This document shows, piece after piece, positions 17,114 to 27,479 of a DNA stretch of 64,000 nt; position 1 is the stretch's first letter; every line of letters starts with the position of its first letter. The translations under genes and the position numbers were made by a program. Location: assembly GCA_902492755.1 (NCBI GenBank), contig CABUNB010000002.1, positions 13,774-77,773 of the forward strand. The letters are read 5' to 3'. Below the pieces are notes generated by a model, which was not told the DNA's origin, did no database searches, and was given only the letters and a program-made list of their open reading frames with translations. Origin of the DNA: an uncultured Collinsella sp. (GTDB lineage: Bacteria > Actinomycetota > Coriobacteriia > Coriobacteriales > Coriobacteriaceae).

Positions 17114-17587
17114 CTATCCGATCCTCATGAGGCAGCTGCCAAACTCCACGAGGTCGCCGTCGGCCACGCAGATCTCGAGCACCTCGCCGTCTGCCTCGGC
17201 CGTCACCTCGTTGAGAACCTTCATGGCCTCGATGATGCAGAGGGTCTCGCCGGCCTTGACCTTGGAGCCCACGTGCACAAACGGCTCGTCGCCCGGCGCC
17301 GGGGCAGCATAGAAAACGCCGACCATGGGGGCGGTCACCTCGGTGCCCTTGGGCTCCGACGCGGCGGCAGGTGCCTGCGCGGCGGGCTCCGGTGCGGCAG
17401 GCGCGACTGCGGGAGCTGCTACTGGAGCGGCCATGGCGCTCGGCATAGGCATGGGCACAGCAACCGGCTGCGCGGCGCTCGCGCGCTCAAGTTCGACCGC
17501 GGTGCCATCGGGCTCCTCAACGCGTACGCGCGTGAGTCCGCGGTCCTCCATAACATCGGCTATCTCGGCAAGTCTTTTGGAATCCAT
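17114..17587 (-). CDS. accB: Biotin carboxyl carrier protein of acetyl-CoA carboxylase
   Basis: 157 aa with an Ala/Pro-rich linker and the biotinylation motif IIEAMKVLNEV. Confidence 0.93.
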   Translation of the reverse strand: MDSKRLAEIADVMEDRGLTRVRVEEPDGTAVELERASAAQPVAVPMPMPSAMAAPVAAPAVAPAAPEPAAQAPAAASEPKGTEVTAPMVGVFYAAPAPGDEPFVHVGSKVKAGETLCIIEAMKVLNEVTAEADGEVLEICVADGDLVEFGSCLMRIG

Positions 17588-17590
17588 GCT

Positions 17591-18856
17591 CTAGCTCCTC
17601 GTATATCTACGCAGCGCGATGGCGGCGTTGTGCCCGCCAAAGCCCAGGTTGGTCGAAAGCGCCCAGGTAAGGTCGGCGCGAACCGCGCGATTGGGCGTGT
17701 AGTCAAGATCGCAGGCGGGATCGGGCGTATGGTAGTTAATGGTCGGCGGCACCACACCCTGCTCGAGCGCCATGGCGCAGACCATGACCTCAATGGCCCC
17801 CGTGGCACCGATCATGTGCCCCGTCATCGACTTGGTCGACGAGACATGTGCGGCGCGTGCCGCATCCTCGCCGAGCGCACGTTTAATGCCCGCCGTCTCG
17901 GACGAATCGTTGAGCTTGGTCGAGGTGCCGTGGGCATTGATGTAGAGGCCCTCGGAAGGCTTGACGTCGCCCTCGGCCACCGCCAGCGATATCGCACGGG
18001 CAATGCCGGCAGCCTCGGGATCGGGGCTCGTAATGTGATAGGCATCATCGGTGTTGCCGTAGCCCACGACCTCGGCATAAATGTGCGCACCGCGCGCCTG
18101 CGCATGTTCCATGCTCTCGAGTACCAGCACGCAGGCGCCCTCGCCCATCACAAAGCCGTCGCGATCTGCATCGAACGGGCGGCAAGCCGTCGCAGGATCG
18201 GGGTTGGTGGTCAATGCGCGGCAGGACGTAAAGCCCGCAACGGCATCGGGGATAATGGCCGCCTCGGCGCCGCCCGCGAGGATCGCGTCGGCATAGCCGT
18301 GCTTGATGGCGCGGAACGCCTCGCCCACCGCATGGGCCGAGGTTGCGCACGCGGTCACCACGGGCAGGGTCGGGCCCTTCGCCTTGTGGCGGATTGCGAT
18401 ATTGCCCGAAGCCATATTGGGGATCATCATCGCGATCATATAGGGCGATGCGCGGCGAGGCCCTCGATCGGCGATCGTGTGGACGTTGTCGACGAGCGTC
18501 TGCATGCCGCCCACGCCCGACCCCACGTAGACGCCCAGGCGCTCGCGATCGATGGAGCCTTCGACATCAAAGCCCGCATCGTGCATTGCCTCGTCCGAAG
18601 CCGCCATCGCAAACTGAACGCAGGGGTCGAGATGCTTGGCGTCACGCTTGCCAAAGTACTCGTTGCCGTCAAAGCCCTTGACCTCGGCCGCCACCTTAAC
18701 GGCGAACGCATCGGTATCGAAGTGCGTGATCGGGCCGATGCCGCATGTACCGGCGCACATGGCCGCCCAGGTGGCAAGCGCGGTGTTGCCGAGCGGCGAT
18801 ACGGCACCGATGCCGGTGATTGCAACTCTCTGTTCCATCATGGTCTCCTCATCCAA
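17591..18856 (-). CDS. fabF: Beta-ketoacyl-ACP synthase II
   Basis: 421 aa with the active-site region VVTACATSAHA and a C-terminal NLGFGGHNA motif. The likelier start is the ATG at 18838, 6 nt after GAGGAG. Confidence 0.93.
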   Translation of the reverse strand: MDEETMMEQRVAITGIGAVSPLGNTALATWAAMCAGTCGIGPITHFDTDAFAVKVAAEVKGFDGNEYFGKRDAKHLDPCVQFAMAASDEAMHDAGFDVEGSIDRERLGVYVGSGVGGMQTLVDNVHTIADRGPRRASPYMIAMMIPNMASGNIAIRHKAKGPTLPVVTACATSAHAVGEAFRAIKHGYADAILAGGAEAAIIPDAVAGFTSCRALTTNPDPATACRPFDADRDGFVMGEGACVLVLESMEHAQARGAHIYAEVVGYGNTDDAYHITSPDPEAAGIARAISLAVAEGDVKPSEGLYINAHGTSTKLNDSSETAGIKRALGEDAARAAHVSSTKSMTGHMIGATGAIEVMVCAMALEQGVVPPTINYHTPDPACDLDYTPNRAVRADLTWALSTNLGFGGHNAAIALRRYTRS

Positions 18857-18877
18857 GCCGTTCTTCGGCCCTAGTTT

Positions 18878-19651
18878 CTACATCGCCATTCCGCCGTCAA
18901 CGCGTACGACCTCGCCCGCAATGTAGGCAGCCGCATCGCTCGCCAAAAAGCGCACCACGCCGGCCACTTCCTCGGGGCGCGCCATGCGCTTTAGGGGAAT
19001 CTGCTCCTCGGTTGCCGCGCGAACCTTCTCCGAGAGCTTTGCCGTCATATCCGTCTCGACAAACCCGGGGGCGACCGCGTTCACTCGTACGCCGCGGGGC
19101 GCAAGCTCGCGCGCCACCGCCTTGGTCAGGCCAATTACGCCCGCCTTGGAGGCAGCGTAGTTGGCTTGCCCGGCATTGCCCATCAGGCCCACGACCGAGC
19201 TCATGTTGACGACGCAACCGCCGCGCTGGCGCATAAAGGTCTTGGTGAGCGCGCGCGTCATATTGAATGTTCCCTTGAGATTGACATCGAGCACGCGGTC
19301 GAAGGCATCGTCGCCCATACGCATGAGCAGGCCATCGCGCGTGATGCCGGCGTTGTTGACGAGCGCCCAAATGGAGCCAAAGTCGTTGAGGACCGCCTCC
19401 ACGCACGTGTTGACGGCGGCGGGGTCGGCCACGTCGCATTGATATGCGCGTGCCGCGGCGCCAGCCGCCTCGCAGGCCTCGCACGTCTCGCGAGCCGCAT
19501 CGACGCTACCGGCATAGACGACGGCGATATCAAAGCCGTCCTCCGCCAGACCGACTGCGCAGGCGCGGCCGATACCGCGTGAGCCGCCCGTGACCAGCGC
19601 CACGCGACGTGAGTCGTTGCGCTCGAGCGTGCCGTTATTCAAGTTGCCCAT
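18878..19651 (-). CDS. fabG: 3-oxoacyl-ACP reductase
   Basis: 257 aa SDR with VTGGSRGIG, NNAGI and YAASKAG motifs, located in the FAS cluster. Confidence 0.92.
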   Translation of the reverse strand: MGNLNNGTLERNDSRRVALVTGGSRGIGRACAVGLAEDGFDIAVVYAGSVDAARETCEACEAAGAAARAYQCDVADPAAVNTCVEAVLNDFGSIWALVNNAGITRDGLLMRMGDDAFDRVLDVNLKGTFNMTRALTKTFMRQRGGCVVNMSSVVGLMGNAGQANYAASKAGVIGLTKAVARELAPRGVRVNAVAPGFVETDMTAKLSEKVRAATEEQIPLKRMARPEEVAGVVRFLASDAAAYIAGEVVRVDGGMAM

Positions 19652-19681
19652 GTCATTCCTTTCGGGTTACAGCCCTGTGGA

Positions 19682-20608
19682 CTATGCGAGCTCGTTGGCA
19701 ATAGCTGCGACCTGCTCGGCCGTTTCGCACGAATACACGCGAACGTCGCTCAGCGTACGCTTGACCAGGCCCGACAGCGTTTTGCCAGGGCCGACCTCAA
19801 TAAACGTGTCGATGCCCTGATCCTGCAGAGTATGCAGCGTGTCGACCCAGCGAACGGCATGGCTCACCTGGTTGCCCAGGATATCCGATGCCGCTCGCGG
19901 GTCCGCCGGATAGGGTGCCGCCGTCATGTTTGCCATGACCGGAATCAGCAGCGGAGACGGCGCGTGGCCGTCTTGGATATACGTCGCCAGCCCCTCAGTC
20001 GCCTCGGCCATATAGGGGCTATGAAATGCACCCGACACCGCGACTTTCATAGCGCGGCCGCCAGCCTCTTTTACTAGGACGTCGAGCTCCTGCAACGCCT
20101 CGGGCGCTCCGGCCACAACCGTCTGCTGGGGACTGTTGTAGTTGACCGGCCAGCAGTCCTCGCCGGCCTGTTTTGCCAAACCCTCGACCTGCGCCGCATC
20201 GAGTTTGATGACGGCTCGCATGCCACCGGGGTGACGCTCGGCCGCCGTGGCCATCAATGCCGCGCGCTCACACACGAGCTCAAAACCCGCTCGCGTATCG
20301 AATGCCCCCGCAAAGGTGAGTGCTGCGACCTCGCCCAGCGAGAATCCCGCACAGGCGGCAGGCGCCACGCCGCGCTCGCGCAGGGCGGCAGCCGCTGCCA
20401 GGTCGTGAACGAACACGCAAGGCTGCGTGTTCTCGGTCTGCGAGAGCTCCTCTTTCGAGGCGCTCCGGCACTGCTTGCTCGTCCCCGGGCGCACCTCGTC
20501 GGCAATGGCGAACACCTCGGCAGCCGCCGGCGATGCCTCGATCAGGTCGACGCCCATCGCGGGGTGCTGGGCACCCTGACCGGCAAATAGAAACGCTACG
20601 CTACCCAT
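19682..20608 (-). CDS. fabD: Malonyl-CoA:ACP transacylase
   Basis: ORF 19682..20710 trimmed to the ATG at 20608 (MGSVAFLFAGQGAQ). The GFSLGE active-site motif is present. It overlaps the fabK stop by 13 nt. Confidence 0.92.
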   Translation of the reverse strand: MGSVAFLFAGQGAQHPAMGVDLIEASPAAAEVFAIADEVRPGTSKQCRSASKEELSQTENTQPCVFVHDLAAAAALRERGVAPAACAGFSLGEVAALTFAGAFDTRAGFELVCERAALMATAAERHPGGMRAVIKLDAAQVEGLAKQAGEDCWPVNYNSPQQTVVAGAPEALQELDVLVKEAGGRAMKVAVSGAFHSPYMAEATEGLATYIQDGHAPSPLLIPVMANMTAAPYPADPRAASDILGNQVSHAVRWVDTLHTLQDQGIDTFIEVGPGKTLSGLVKRTLSDVRVYSCETAEQVAAIANELA

Positions 20609-21540
20609 GCGGACGCACCCTTCAGGACATGCTCGGCGCCATCGACCAGATCGTCGACGATTTCGCGTGCGCTCTGGCGTTCGTTGACCATGCCGGCAAT
20701 CTGTCCGCACAAATACGAACCCTCTTCGTAATTTCCGTCCTTTGCGGCTTTACGAAGCGCGCCCGTGCCCATGGCCCCGAGCTCCTCGGGGCTTGCGCCC
20801 GCCGCCTCGTTCTTGGCATACGCGTTGGTGAAGGGGCTCTTGAGGGCGCGAACCGGATGTCCCGTCGAGCGACCGGTCGCACGCGTTGACGTATCGCCTG
20901 CCTTGAGCACCAGCTCTTTGTACTGTTCGGATACGGTGCACTCGTTTGCGACCAGAAAGCGTGTTCCCACCTGGACGCCGGTGGCACCGAGCATAAAGGC
21001 CGCTGCCACGCCGCGACCATCGGCGATACCGCCGGCTGCCACAACGGGGATATCGACCGCGTCGACAACCTGCGGGACGAGCGCCATCGTCGATGTCTCG
21101 CCAATATGTCCACCCGATTCGGTGCCTTCGGCAACCACAGCGGTGGCCCCGCGACGCGCCACGAGACGCGCCAGCGCCACAGAGGCAACAACCGGGATGA
21201 CCTTGATGCCCGCTTCGTTCCAAGCCTTCATGTACTTGGTGGGATTGCCGGCACCCGTCACGACGACCGGCACCTGCTCGTCGATCACAACCTGTGCGAC
21301 CTCGTCGGCAAACGGGCTCATAAGCATGACGTTCACGCCAAAGGGCTTATCCGTCTTGGCGCGCAACTCGTGAATCTGATCGCGCAACCAGTTGGCGTCG
21401 GCATTCATGGCCGCGATGATTCCCAACCCGCCGGCCTCGGACACGGCCGATGCCAGCGAGGCATCGGCAATCCAGGCCATGCCGCCCTGGAACACGGGCT
21501 TTTCGATGCCAAGCAGCCCACAGAGAGGAGTCTTGAGCAT
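20596..21540 (-). CDS. fabK: Enoyl-ACP reductase II, FMN-dependent (FabK, nitronate monooxygenase fold)
   Basis: 314 aa starting MLKTPLCGLLGIEKPVFQGGMAWIA. It sits between acpP and fabD, as in streptococcal FAS clusters. Confidence 0.88.
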   Translation of the reverse strand: MLKTPLCGLLGIEKPVFQGGMAWIADASLASAVSEAGGLGIIAAMNADANWLRDQIHELRAKTDKPFGVNVMLMSPFADEVAQVVIDEQVPVVVTGAGNPTKYMKAWNEAGIKVIPVVASVALARLVARRGATAVVAEGTESGGHIGETSTMALVPQVVDAVDIPVVAAGGIADGRGVAAAFMLGATGVQVGTRFLVANECTVSEQYKELVLKAGDTSTRATGRSTGHPVRALKSPFTNAYAKNEAAGASPEELGAMGTGALRKAAKDGNYEEGSYLCGQIAGMVNERQSAREIVDDLVDGAEHVLKGASAWVA

Positions 21541-21542
21541 CT

Positions 21543-21779
21543 CTACTTCTCCAATGCCGCCTCGACCGTATCGGCGAACTCGCCGACCGTCTTGGGGTTC
21601 TCCTCGGTATCGAGCTGGATGCCAAACTCGTCCTCGACGGCGACGAGGATCTCGACGGTGCCTAGGCTGTCGAGGCCAATCTCCTCGAGTGTGGACTCGG
21701 GCTTCATCTCGACGTCGTCAAGGCCAGCGGTCTCGCGGATAACGTCGCAAACGCGCTCGAAGGTCTTCTGATCTGCCAT
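21543..21779 (-). CDS. acpP: Acyl carrier protein
   Basis: 78 aa, acidic, with the phosphopantetheine attachment motif GLDSLGTVE. Confidence 0.93.
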   Translation of the reverse strand: MADQKTFERVCDVIRETAGLDDVEMKPESTLEEIGLDSLGTVEILVAVEDEFGIQLDTEENPKTVGEFADTVEAALEK

Positions 21780-21831
21780 GGTAGTTCTCCTTTGTTTGTG
21801 CCCTAGGGGCGTTTTTATTTCCTATGTGCGG

Positions 21832-22791
21832 CTACTTCCAGCGAAGTAGATAGCCACCTATATCCAGACCGGCGCCAAATCCAACGAGGGCGATGGTGTC
21901 GCCCGCGTGCAGCGCGCCGGTATTTGCCAGTCGATCGAGAGCAAGCGGAATGCAGGCGCTCGAGATGTTGCCGGTTTCACGCAACGTTCGGACCACGCGC
22001 TCGTCTGGCACGCCGAGACGCTTGACCGCCTGACTCAGGATTCGCTCGTTAGCCTGATGGAATACAAAATGATCGATGTCTTCGACCGAAATGCCCGCAT
22101 CGCTCGCAAGCGTATGGACCGTGTCGCAGATGGCGTTGACGCCGAACTTGAACACGCGGCGGCCATTCATGGACAGCACGCTCTCCCGATCGTCCACCGT
22201 CTTAAATGGCGAGGTACCCGCTAAGCCAGGAACACGCAGTGTCTCAACATCGGGATTGGTTGCAAGCTCGACGGCAAGGGGATTCACCCCGCCGGCCCCA
22301 ATAACTGCAGCACCCGCGCCATCGCCAAAGAGCACGCACGTGGCACGGTCGGTCCAGTCAAGCGCACGCGTCATCTGCTCGGCGGCAACGACAAGCACAT
22401 GCTTGGCTCGTCCTCGGGCGATATAGCCCTCGGCGACATCGAGCGCAAAAACAAAGCCAGCACAGGCGGCCGAGACATCGAAGGCGGGACACGTCGCGCC
22501 CAGATGCTCGGCAACGGCACATGCCTCGGCGGGAACAAGGTGGTCACCCGTTGTCGTCGAGCAGACGATCAAATCCAGCTGGCTCGAGTCGATTCCGGAT
22601 ACCTGGAGCGCCCGCTCGCTCGCTGCTACGGCAAGGTCGTCGAGTGACTCGATGGTGCAGACGTGGCGGCTCTTGATGCCTGTGCGGGTAAAAATCCACT
22701 CATCCGAGGTATCGAGGAACTCGGACAGCTCGTCATTGGAAACACTGCGCTTAGGAAGCGCCGAGCCTGTTCCAAGAATCGTGAAACCCAT
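21832..22791 (-). CDS. fabH: Beta-ketoacyl-ACP synthase III
   Basis: ORF 21832..22848 trimmed to the ATG at 22791, preceded by AAGGAGG. The active-site Cys context is SAACAGFVFAL, and a FHQAN motif is present. Confidence 0.92.
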   Translation of the reverse strand: MGFTILGTGSALPKRSVSNDELSEFLDTSDEWIFTRTGIKSRHVCTIESLDDLAVAASERALQVSGIDSSQLDLIVCSTTTGDHLVPAEACAVAEHLGATCPAFDVSAACAGFVFALDVAEGYIARGRAKHVLVVAAEQMTRALDWTDRATCVLFGDGAGAAVIGAGGVNPLAVELATNPDVETLRVPGLAGTSPFKTVDDRESVLSMNGRRVFKFGVNAICDTVHTLASDAGISVEDIDHFVFHQANERILSQAVKRLGVPDERVVRTLRETGNISSACIPLALDRLANTGALHAGDTIALVGFGAGLDIGGYLLRWK

Positions 22792-22807
22792 CACTAACCT
22801 CCTTTGA

Positions 22808-22874
22808 GTTGTTGACGTGTTTACATCGACCAAGAGAGGATAACGCATTTCAGTCGTTGTTGACGTGTTAACAT
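22808..22874. promoter_or_regulatory. Two copies of a 19-mer containing a 16-bp quasi-palindrome (candidate FAS operator) in the fabH-birA divergent region
   Basis: GTTGTTGACGTGTTTACAT at 22808-22826 and GTTGTTGACGTGTTAACAT at 22856-22874, 48 bp apart. Half-sites read TGTTGAC-GT-GTTAACA. Confidence 0.5.
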
Positions 22875-22967
22875 TAAATTGTTCAAATGCGACAAAGGCT
22901 TCACATTGTGTCTATCTCTCGACACCATTACGCGATTGCCTTATTACCTTAGGAGGTAGCAGCTGTT

Positions 22968-23744
22968 ATGGATTCTCGTTTAACGGTGGTCGACGTAACC
23001 GGATCGACCAACGATGACCTGCTCGAAGCAGGAAAACAGGGAGCGCCGCACGGCACAGGACTTGCCGCCCGGGCTCAGACAGCAGGACGCGGCCGGCGCG
23101 GCCACAAGTGGGATTCAACCGCCGGCAACCTATTGCTTTCGATTGTCCTGCGTCCATGCGTTAATCCTGCAAAGTACTCTGGTCTTGCCGCCGTCAGCGG
23201 CCTAGCAGTGCTCGAAGCGCTCGAAAAGCAGGGCCTTGCAAGCGAAATAGCCCTCAAGTGGCCCAACGATCTTGTCGCGCGAGGATGCAAGCTCGGCGGC
23301 ATTCTGGTCGAGGCCGCACGCGATAACGAAGGCAAACCTTTTGCCGTCTGCGGTATTGGCGTCAATGTGAACTATGTGCCTTCGGAGGTTCCCGATGGCG
23401 GCCTGCCGGCAATCGGTCTCTCGGACCTCAACGAGAATGTTCCCGCCGTCGATGTGCTACTCAAGGAGGTCTATCACACCGTCGTAAACGCTGTGGACGC
23501 GTGGGCAGAGCGTCTCAACGCCATGGAAGAAGACGCCGGACCGCTCGCGCCCGTCCACGGCGAATATATCGGTCATCTCAATTGGATTGGGGATCACGTT
23601 ATCGCCCGTTCCCCCGCTGGGGACGAGCTGGCACGTGGAATCTTTCAAACGGTCGATGACTTTGGTCGCGCGTGCATCGAGACAGAAGACGACTTGCGAT
23701 CCTTCCATTTTGAGGAGGCATCGCTGCGCCCCATGGGTAAATAA
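22968..23744 (+). CDS. birA: Biotin-[acetyl-CoA-carboxylase] ligase, class I (no N-terminal HTH)
   Basis: 258 aa with the GRGRRGHKW motif. AGGAGG lies 9 nt upstream of the ATG. Confidence 0.9.
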   Translation: MDSRLTVVDVTGSTNDDLLEAGKQGAPHGTGLAARAQTAGRGRRGHKWDSTAGNLLLSIVLRPCVNPAKYSGLAAVSGLAVLEALEKQGLASEIALKWPNDLVARGCKLGGILVEAARDNEGKPFAVCGIGVNVNYVPSEVPDGGLPAIGLSDLNENVPAVDVLLKEVYHTVVNAVDAWAERLNAMEEDAGPLAPVHGEYIGHLNWIGDHVIARSPAGDELARGIFQTVDDFGRACIETEDDLRSFHFEEASLRPMGK

Positions 23745-23800
23745 GACGCCATAGCCACCCATTCGGCCGCATTATCCGGGCCCCCAAGGCCACCGTTCAA

Positions 23801-23842
23801 AACAAAAGGGCCCCGCTACCGTAACGGCAGCGGGGCCCTTTA
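23801..23842. terminator. Bidirectional terminator between birA and rpsJ
   Basis: GC-rich stem GGGCCCCGCT.CCG/CGG.AGCGGGGCCC (23808-23838), flanked by AACAAAA on the left and TTTAA on the right. Confidence 0.75.
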
Positions 23843-23860
23843 AGCTATGAGCGATATCGC

Positions 23861-24169
23861 TTAGAGCTTGATGTCGATGTCGACGCCAGCGGGGAGGTCG
23901 AGACGCATGAGCGAATCAACGGTGCCCGAGGTGGGGTCGAGGATGTCGATGAGACGCTTGTGGGTGCGCATCTCGAACTGCTCACGGGAGTCCTTGTTCA
24001 CGTGCGGCGAGCGGATAACCGTGTACAGGTTGCGCTCGGTGGGCAGGGGGACAGGACCGGAAACGCGAGCGCCGGTCTTCTGAGCGGTCTCGACGATGAG
24101 CTTCGCGGACTGATCGACGACCTCGTGATCATAGCCCTTGAGGCGAATGCGGATCTTCTGGGTAGCCAA
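23861..24169 (-). CDS. rpsJ: 30S ribosomal protein S10 (uS10)
   Basis: 102 aa starting [15 protein letters not shown]. It lies 61 nt downstream of fusA and is detached from rplC. Confidence 0.96.
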   Translation of the reverse strand: MATQKIRIRLKGYDHEVVDQSAKLIVETAQKTGARVSGPVPLPTERNLYTVIRSPHVNKDSREQFEMRTHKRLIDILDPTSGTVDSLMRLDLPAGVDIDIKL

Positions 24170-24230
24170 CTTAAACCTCCAAAGAGTGCGAGAGATGTTC
24201 TCGCAGGATTACGTAACAGGGAGCTCGAAC

Positions 24231-26330
24231 TTAGGCGTTCTTGCTCATGACCTCGTCCACGATGGACTTGGGCGCGGGCTCATAAGAGTCGAACTGCATC
24301 GTGTAGGATGCACGGCCCTGGGTCTGGGAGCGAAGGTCGGTAGCGTAACCGAACATCTCGCCCAGCGGCACCTTGGCACGGATGAGCTTGCTGTTCTTGC
24401 GATCCTCCATGCCCTCGATCTTGCCGCGGCGACCAGAGAGGTTGCCCATGACGTCGCCCATGTACTGCTCGGGGGTCTCGACCTCGACAGCCATGATCGG
24501 CTCGAGCAGCTGCGGATCGGACTTCTTGAGGGCGTCCTTGATAGCCATGGAACCGGCGATCTTGAAGGCGGCCTCGGAGGAGTCGACCTCGTGGTAGGAA
24601 CCGTCGAACAGGGTGACCTTAACGTCGAGGACCGGGAAGCCGGCGATAACACCGGTGTTCAGGGCCTCCTGGATGCCCTTGTCGATGGACGGGATGTACT
24701 CCTTGGGCACGACGCCGCCGACGATAGCGTTGACGAACTCGTAGCCGAAGCCCTCCTCCATCTTCTCGAGCTTGATGACGGCGTGGCCGTACTGACCGCG
24801 ACCGCCGGACTGACGGACGAACTTGCCCTCAGCCTTCTCGACGTCGTGACCAGCGGTCTCGCGGTAGGCAACCTGGGGCTTACCAACGTTAGCGTCAACC
24901 TTGAACTCGCGGAGCAGACGGTCGACGATGATCTCCAGGTGCAGCTCGCCCATGCCGGCGATGATGGTCTGGCCGGTCTCGTGGTTGGTGGACACCTGGA
25001 AGGTCGGGTCCTCCTCGGCGAGCTTGGTCAGAGCCAGGGACATCTTGTCCTGCTCGGCCTTGGTCTTGGGCTCGATGGCAACGTCGATAACGGGCTTAGC
25101 GAACTCGATCTTCTCAAGGACGATTTCCTTGCCCTCGGCGCACAGGGTGTCACCGGTGGTGGAGTTCTTGAAGCCGACGCAAGCGACGATATCGCCGGCG
25201 GCAGCGTCGTCACGGTCGATACGCTCGGCGGCGTTCATCTCGAGGATGCGGCCGAGGCGCTCGCGCTGACCGTTGGAAGCGTTGACCACGTAGGAGCCGG
25301 ACTCGGCACGGCCGGAGTAAACGCGGACGTAGGTGAGCTTACCGACGAACGGGTCGGTCATGATCTTGAAGACCAGGCCGGAGAAAGGCTCGTCGAAGGA
25401 AGGATGACGCTGGATCTCCTCGCCGGTGTCCGGATCGGTACCGGTGACGGCCTCGACGTCGAGCGGGCTGGGCAGGTAGTCGACGACAGCGTCGAGCAGC
25501 TCCTGAACGCCCTTGTTCTTGTAGGCGGAGCCCACGAAGACGAGGTTGAGCTCGTTGGCAAGAACGCCCTTGCGCAGAGCAGCCTTGAGCTCCTCGACGG
25601 TGAAGTCCTCCTCCATGAGGATCTTCTCCATGAGCTCGTCGTCAAAGCTGGCAGCAGCGTCGAGGAGCTCCTCGCGCTTGGTGGCAGCGATGTCGGCGAA
25701 CTCAGCCGGGATCTCGTCCATCGGCTCGGGGTAGGTCATGCCCTTCTCGTCGGCCTTGAAGTCCCATGCAGTCATGGTGACCAGGTCGATGACGCCCCAG
25801 AAGTTGTCCTCGGCGCCCATCGGGACCTGAGCGGCCACGGCGTTAGCGTCGAGACGATCCTTCATGGTCTCGATAGCGTTGAAGAAGTCAGCGCCCACGC
25901 GGTCATACTTGTTGATGAAGGCGATGCGGGGGACGTTGAAGGTAGAAGCCTGACGCCAAACAGTCTCAGACTGGGGCTGAACGCCAGCGACGGCGTCGAA
26001 GACGGCGACAGCGCCATCGAGGACGCGCAGGCAGCGCTCGACCTCGGCGGTGAAGTCAACGTGGCCCGGGGTGTCGATGATCTGGATGCGGTAATCGGTA
26101 CCGTCCTTCTTCCAGAAGCAGGTGGTAGCAGCGGAGGTAATGGTTACGCCGCGCTCCTGCTCCTGAACCATCCAGTCCATGGTGGCAGCGCCCTCATGGA
26201 CCTCACCGATCTTGTGGGTCTTACCGGTGTAGTAAAGAATACGCTCGGTCGTGGTGGTCTTACCGGCATCGATGTGAGCCATGATGCCGATGTTACGGGT
26301 ATCGGAAAGCTTGTACTTAGGCTTAGCCAT
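24231..26330 (-). CDS. fusA: Translation elongation factor G
   Basis: 699 aa. G1 motif AHIDAGKTT, followed by DTPGHVDF and NKYD. Confidence 0.97.
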   Translation of the reverse strand: MAKPKYKLSDTRNIGIMAHIDAGKTTTTERILYYTGKTHKIGEVHEGAATMDWMVQEQERGVTITSAATTCFWKKDGTDYRIQIIDTPGHVDFTAEVERCLRVLDGAVAVFDAVAGVQPQSETVWRQASTFNVPRIAFINKYDRVGADFFNAIETMKDRLDANAVAAQVPMGAEDNFWGVIDLVTMTAWDFKADEKGMTYPEPMDEIPAEFADIAATKREELLDAAASFDDELMEKILMEEDFTVEELKAALRKGVLANELNLVFVGSAYKNKGVQELLDAVVDYLPSPLDVEAVTGTDPDTGEEIQRHPSFDEPFSGLVFKIMTDPFVGKLTYVRVYSGRAESGSYVVNASNGQRERLGRILEMNAAERIDRDDAAAGDIVACVGFKNSTTGDTLCAEGKEIVLEKIEFAKPVIDVAIEPKTKAEQDKMSLALTKLAEEDPTFQVSTNHETGQTIIAGMGELHLEIIVDRLLREFKVDANVGKPQVAYRETAGHDVEKAEGKFVRQSGGRGQYGHAVIKLEKMEEGFGYEFVNAIVGGVVPKEYIPSIDKGIQEALNTGVIAGFPVLDVKVTLFDGSYHEVDSSEAAFKIAGSMAIKDALKKSDPQLLEPIMAVEVETPEQYMGDVMGNLSGRRGKIEGMEDRKNSKLIRAKVPLGEMFGYATDLRSQTQGRASYTMQFDSYEPAPKSIVDEVMSKNA

Positions 26331-26349
26331 GTTAGTTCCTTACCTTAAC

Positions 26350-26823
26350 TTACCAACGATAGTGAGAGAACGCGCGGTTGGCCTCGGCCATCTTGAAGAC
26401 GTCCTCACGCTTCTTGACGGAAGCGCCCAGGCCGTTGGAAGCGTCGAGGATCTCGTTGGCGAGACGCTCGGCCATGGTCTTCTCCTTGCGAGCGCGGGAG
26501 AAGTTGACGATCCAGCGGATACCCAGAGCGGTGGAACGACGGGAGTTAACCTCCATCGGGACCTGATAGGTAGCGCCACCGACACGCTTGGGCTTAACCT
26601 CGAGCGTGGGCTTGACGTTGTCCATAGCCTTCTTGAAGGTAGCGAGAGCGTCGCCACCCTCGGACTTCTCGGCAACGATCTCGAAAGCGGTGTAAACGAT
26701 GCGCTCAGCGGTGGCCTTCTTGCCGTCAAGAAGGACCTTGTTGATGAGCTGAGTCACCAGGCGGTTGTTGTAAACGGCGTCAGGCTGAACCTCACGACGA
26801 TTAGCTGCTGCACGACGCGGCAT
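26350..26823 (-). CDS. rpsG: 30S ribosomal protein S7 (uS7)
   Basis: 157 aa starting [12 protein letters not shown] and ending [10 protein letters not shown]. Confidence 0.96.
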   Translation of the reverse strand: MPRRAAANRREVQPDAVYNNRLVTQLINKVLLDGKKATAERIVYTAFEIVAEKSEGGDALATFKKAMDNVKPTLEVKPKRVGGATYQVPMEVNSRRSTALGIRWIVNFSRARKEKTMAERLANEILDASNGLGASVKKREDVFKMAEANRAFSHYRW

Positions 26824-26896
26824 GTGAAATCTCCTTAAGTGTCTACCGTGCGGCGCTTAGGCGGCACACGGCGAAAGTATCAAAACGTTATCTGGC

Positions 26897-27274
26897 TTAT
26901 TTAGCCTTGGGGCGCTTAGCACCGTACTTGGAACGGGCCTGCATACGGTTCTGGACCGGAGCAGCGTCGTAGGCGCCACGGATGACGTGATAACGGACAC
27001 CAGGGAGGTCACGGACACGACCGCCGCGAACGAGCACGATGGAGTGCTCCTGCAGGTTGTGGCCCTCACCCGGGATGTAAGCAGTAACTTCGATGCCGTT
27101 GACGAGGCGAACACGGGCAACCTTACGAAGAGCCGAGTTCGGCTTCTTGGGGCTCGTGGTGAAGACGCGGGTGCACACGCCGCGCTTCTGGGAGTTGTGC
27201 TGCAGAGCAGCGTTCTTGGACTTCTTGGGCACGGAACGACGGCCCTGGCGAACCAGCTGGTTAATAGTAGGCAA
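26897..27274 (-). CDS. rpsL: 30S ribosomal protein S12 (uS12)
   Basis: 125 aa containing [12 protein letters not shown] and the [10 protein letters not shown] motif. Confidence 0.97.
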   Translation of the reverse strand: MPTINQLVRQGRRSVPKKSKNAALQHNSQKRGVCTRVFTTSPKKPNSALRKVARVRLVNGIEVTAYIPGEGHNLQEHSIVLVRGGRVRDLPGVRYHVIRGAYDAAPVQNRMQARSKYGAKRPKAK

Positions 27275-27367
27275 AGCGTACTCCTTCTCGAATGATTCCA
27301 GCTTTCTGTAAAGTGCAACGGCTTGAATCGAGGGGTCAGCATCCCCCTACGAAACACGCAGTTCGAT

Positions 27368-27396
27368 AGGATACGTGGCGTTAGCTGTGTCGTCAA
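27368..27396 (-). promoter_or_regulatory. Predicted sigma-70-type promoter of the rpsL-rpsG-fusA-rpsJ operon
   Basis: The minus strand reads TTGACG (27391-27396), a 17-nt spacer, then TATCCT (27368-27373). This is about 90 nt upstream of the rpsL ATG. Confidence 0.55.
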
Positions 27397-27479
27397 CAGA
27401 CCACGCCGCCGGGCGTATCCCAAAATTGGCACATTTCCGCAAAGCCTACACAAAAGGAATCCCCTCCTGTGCGCGGGGG

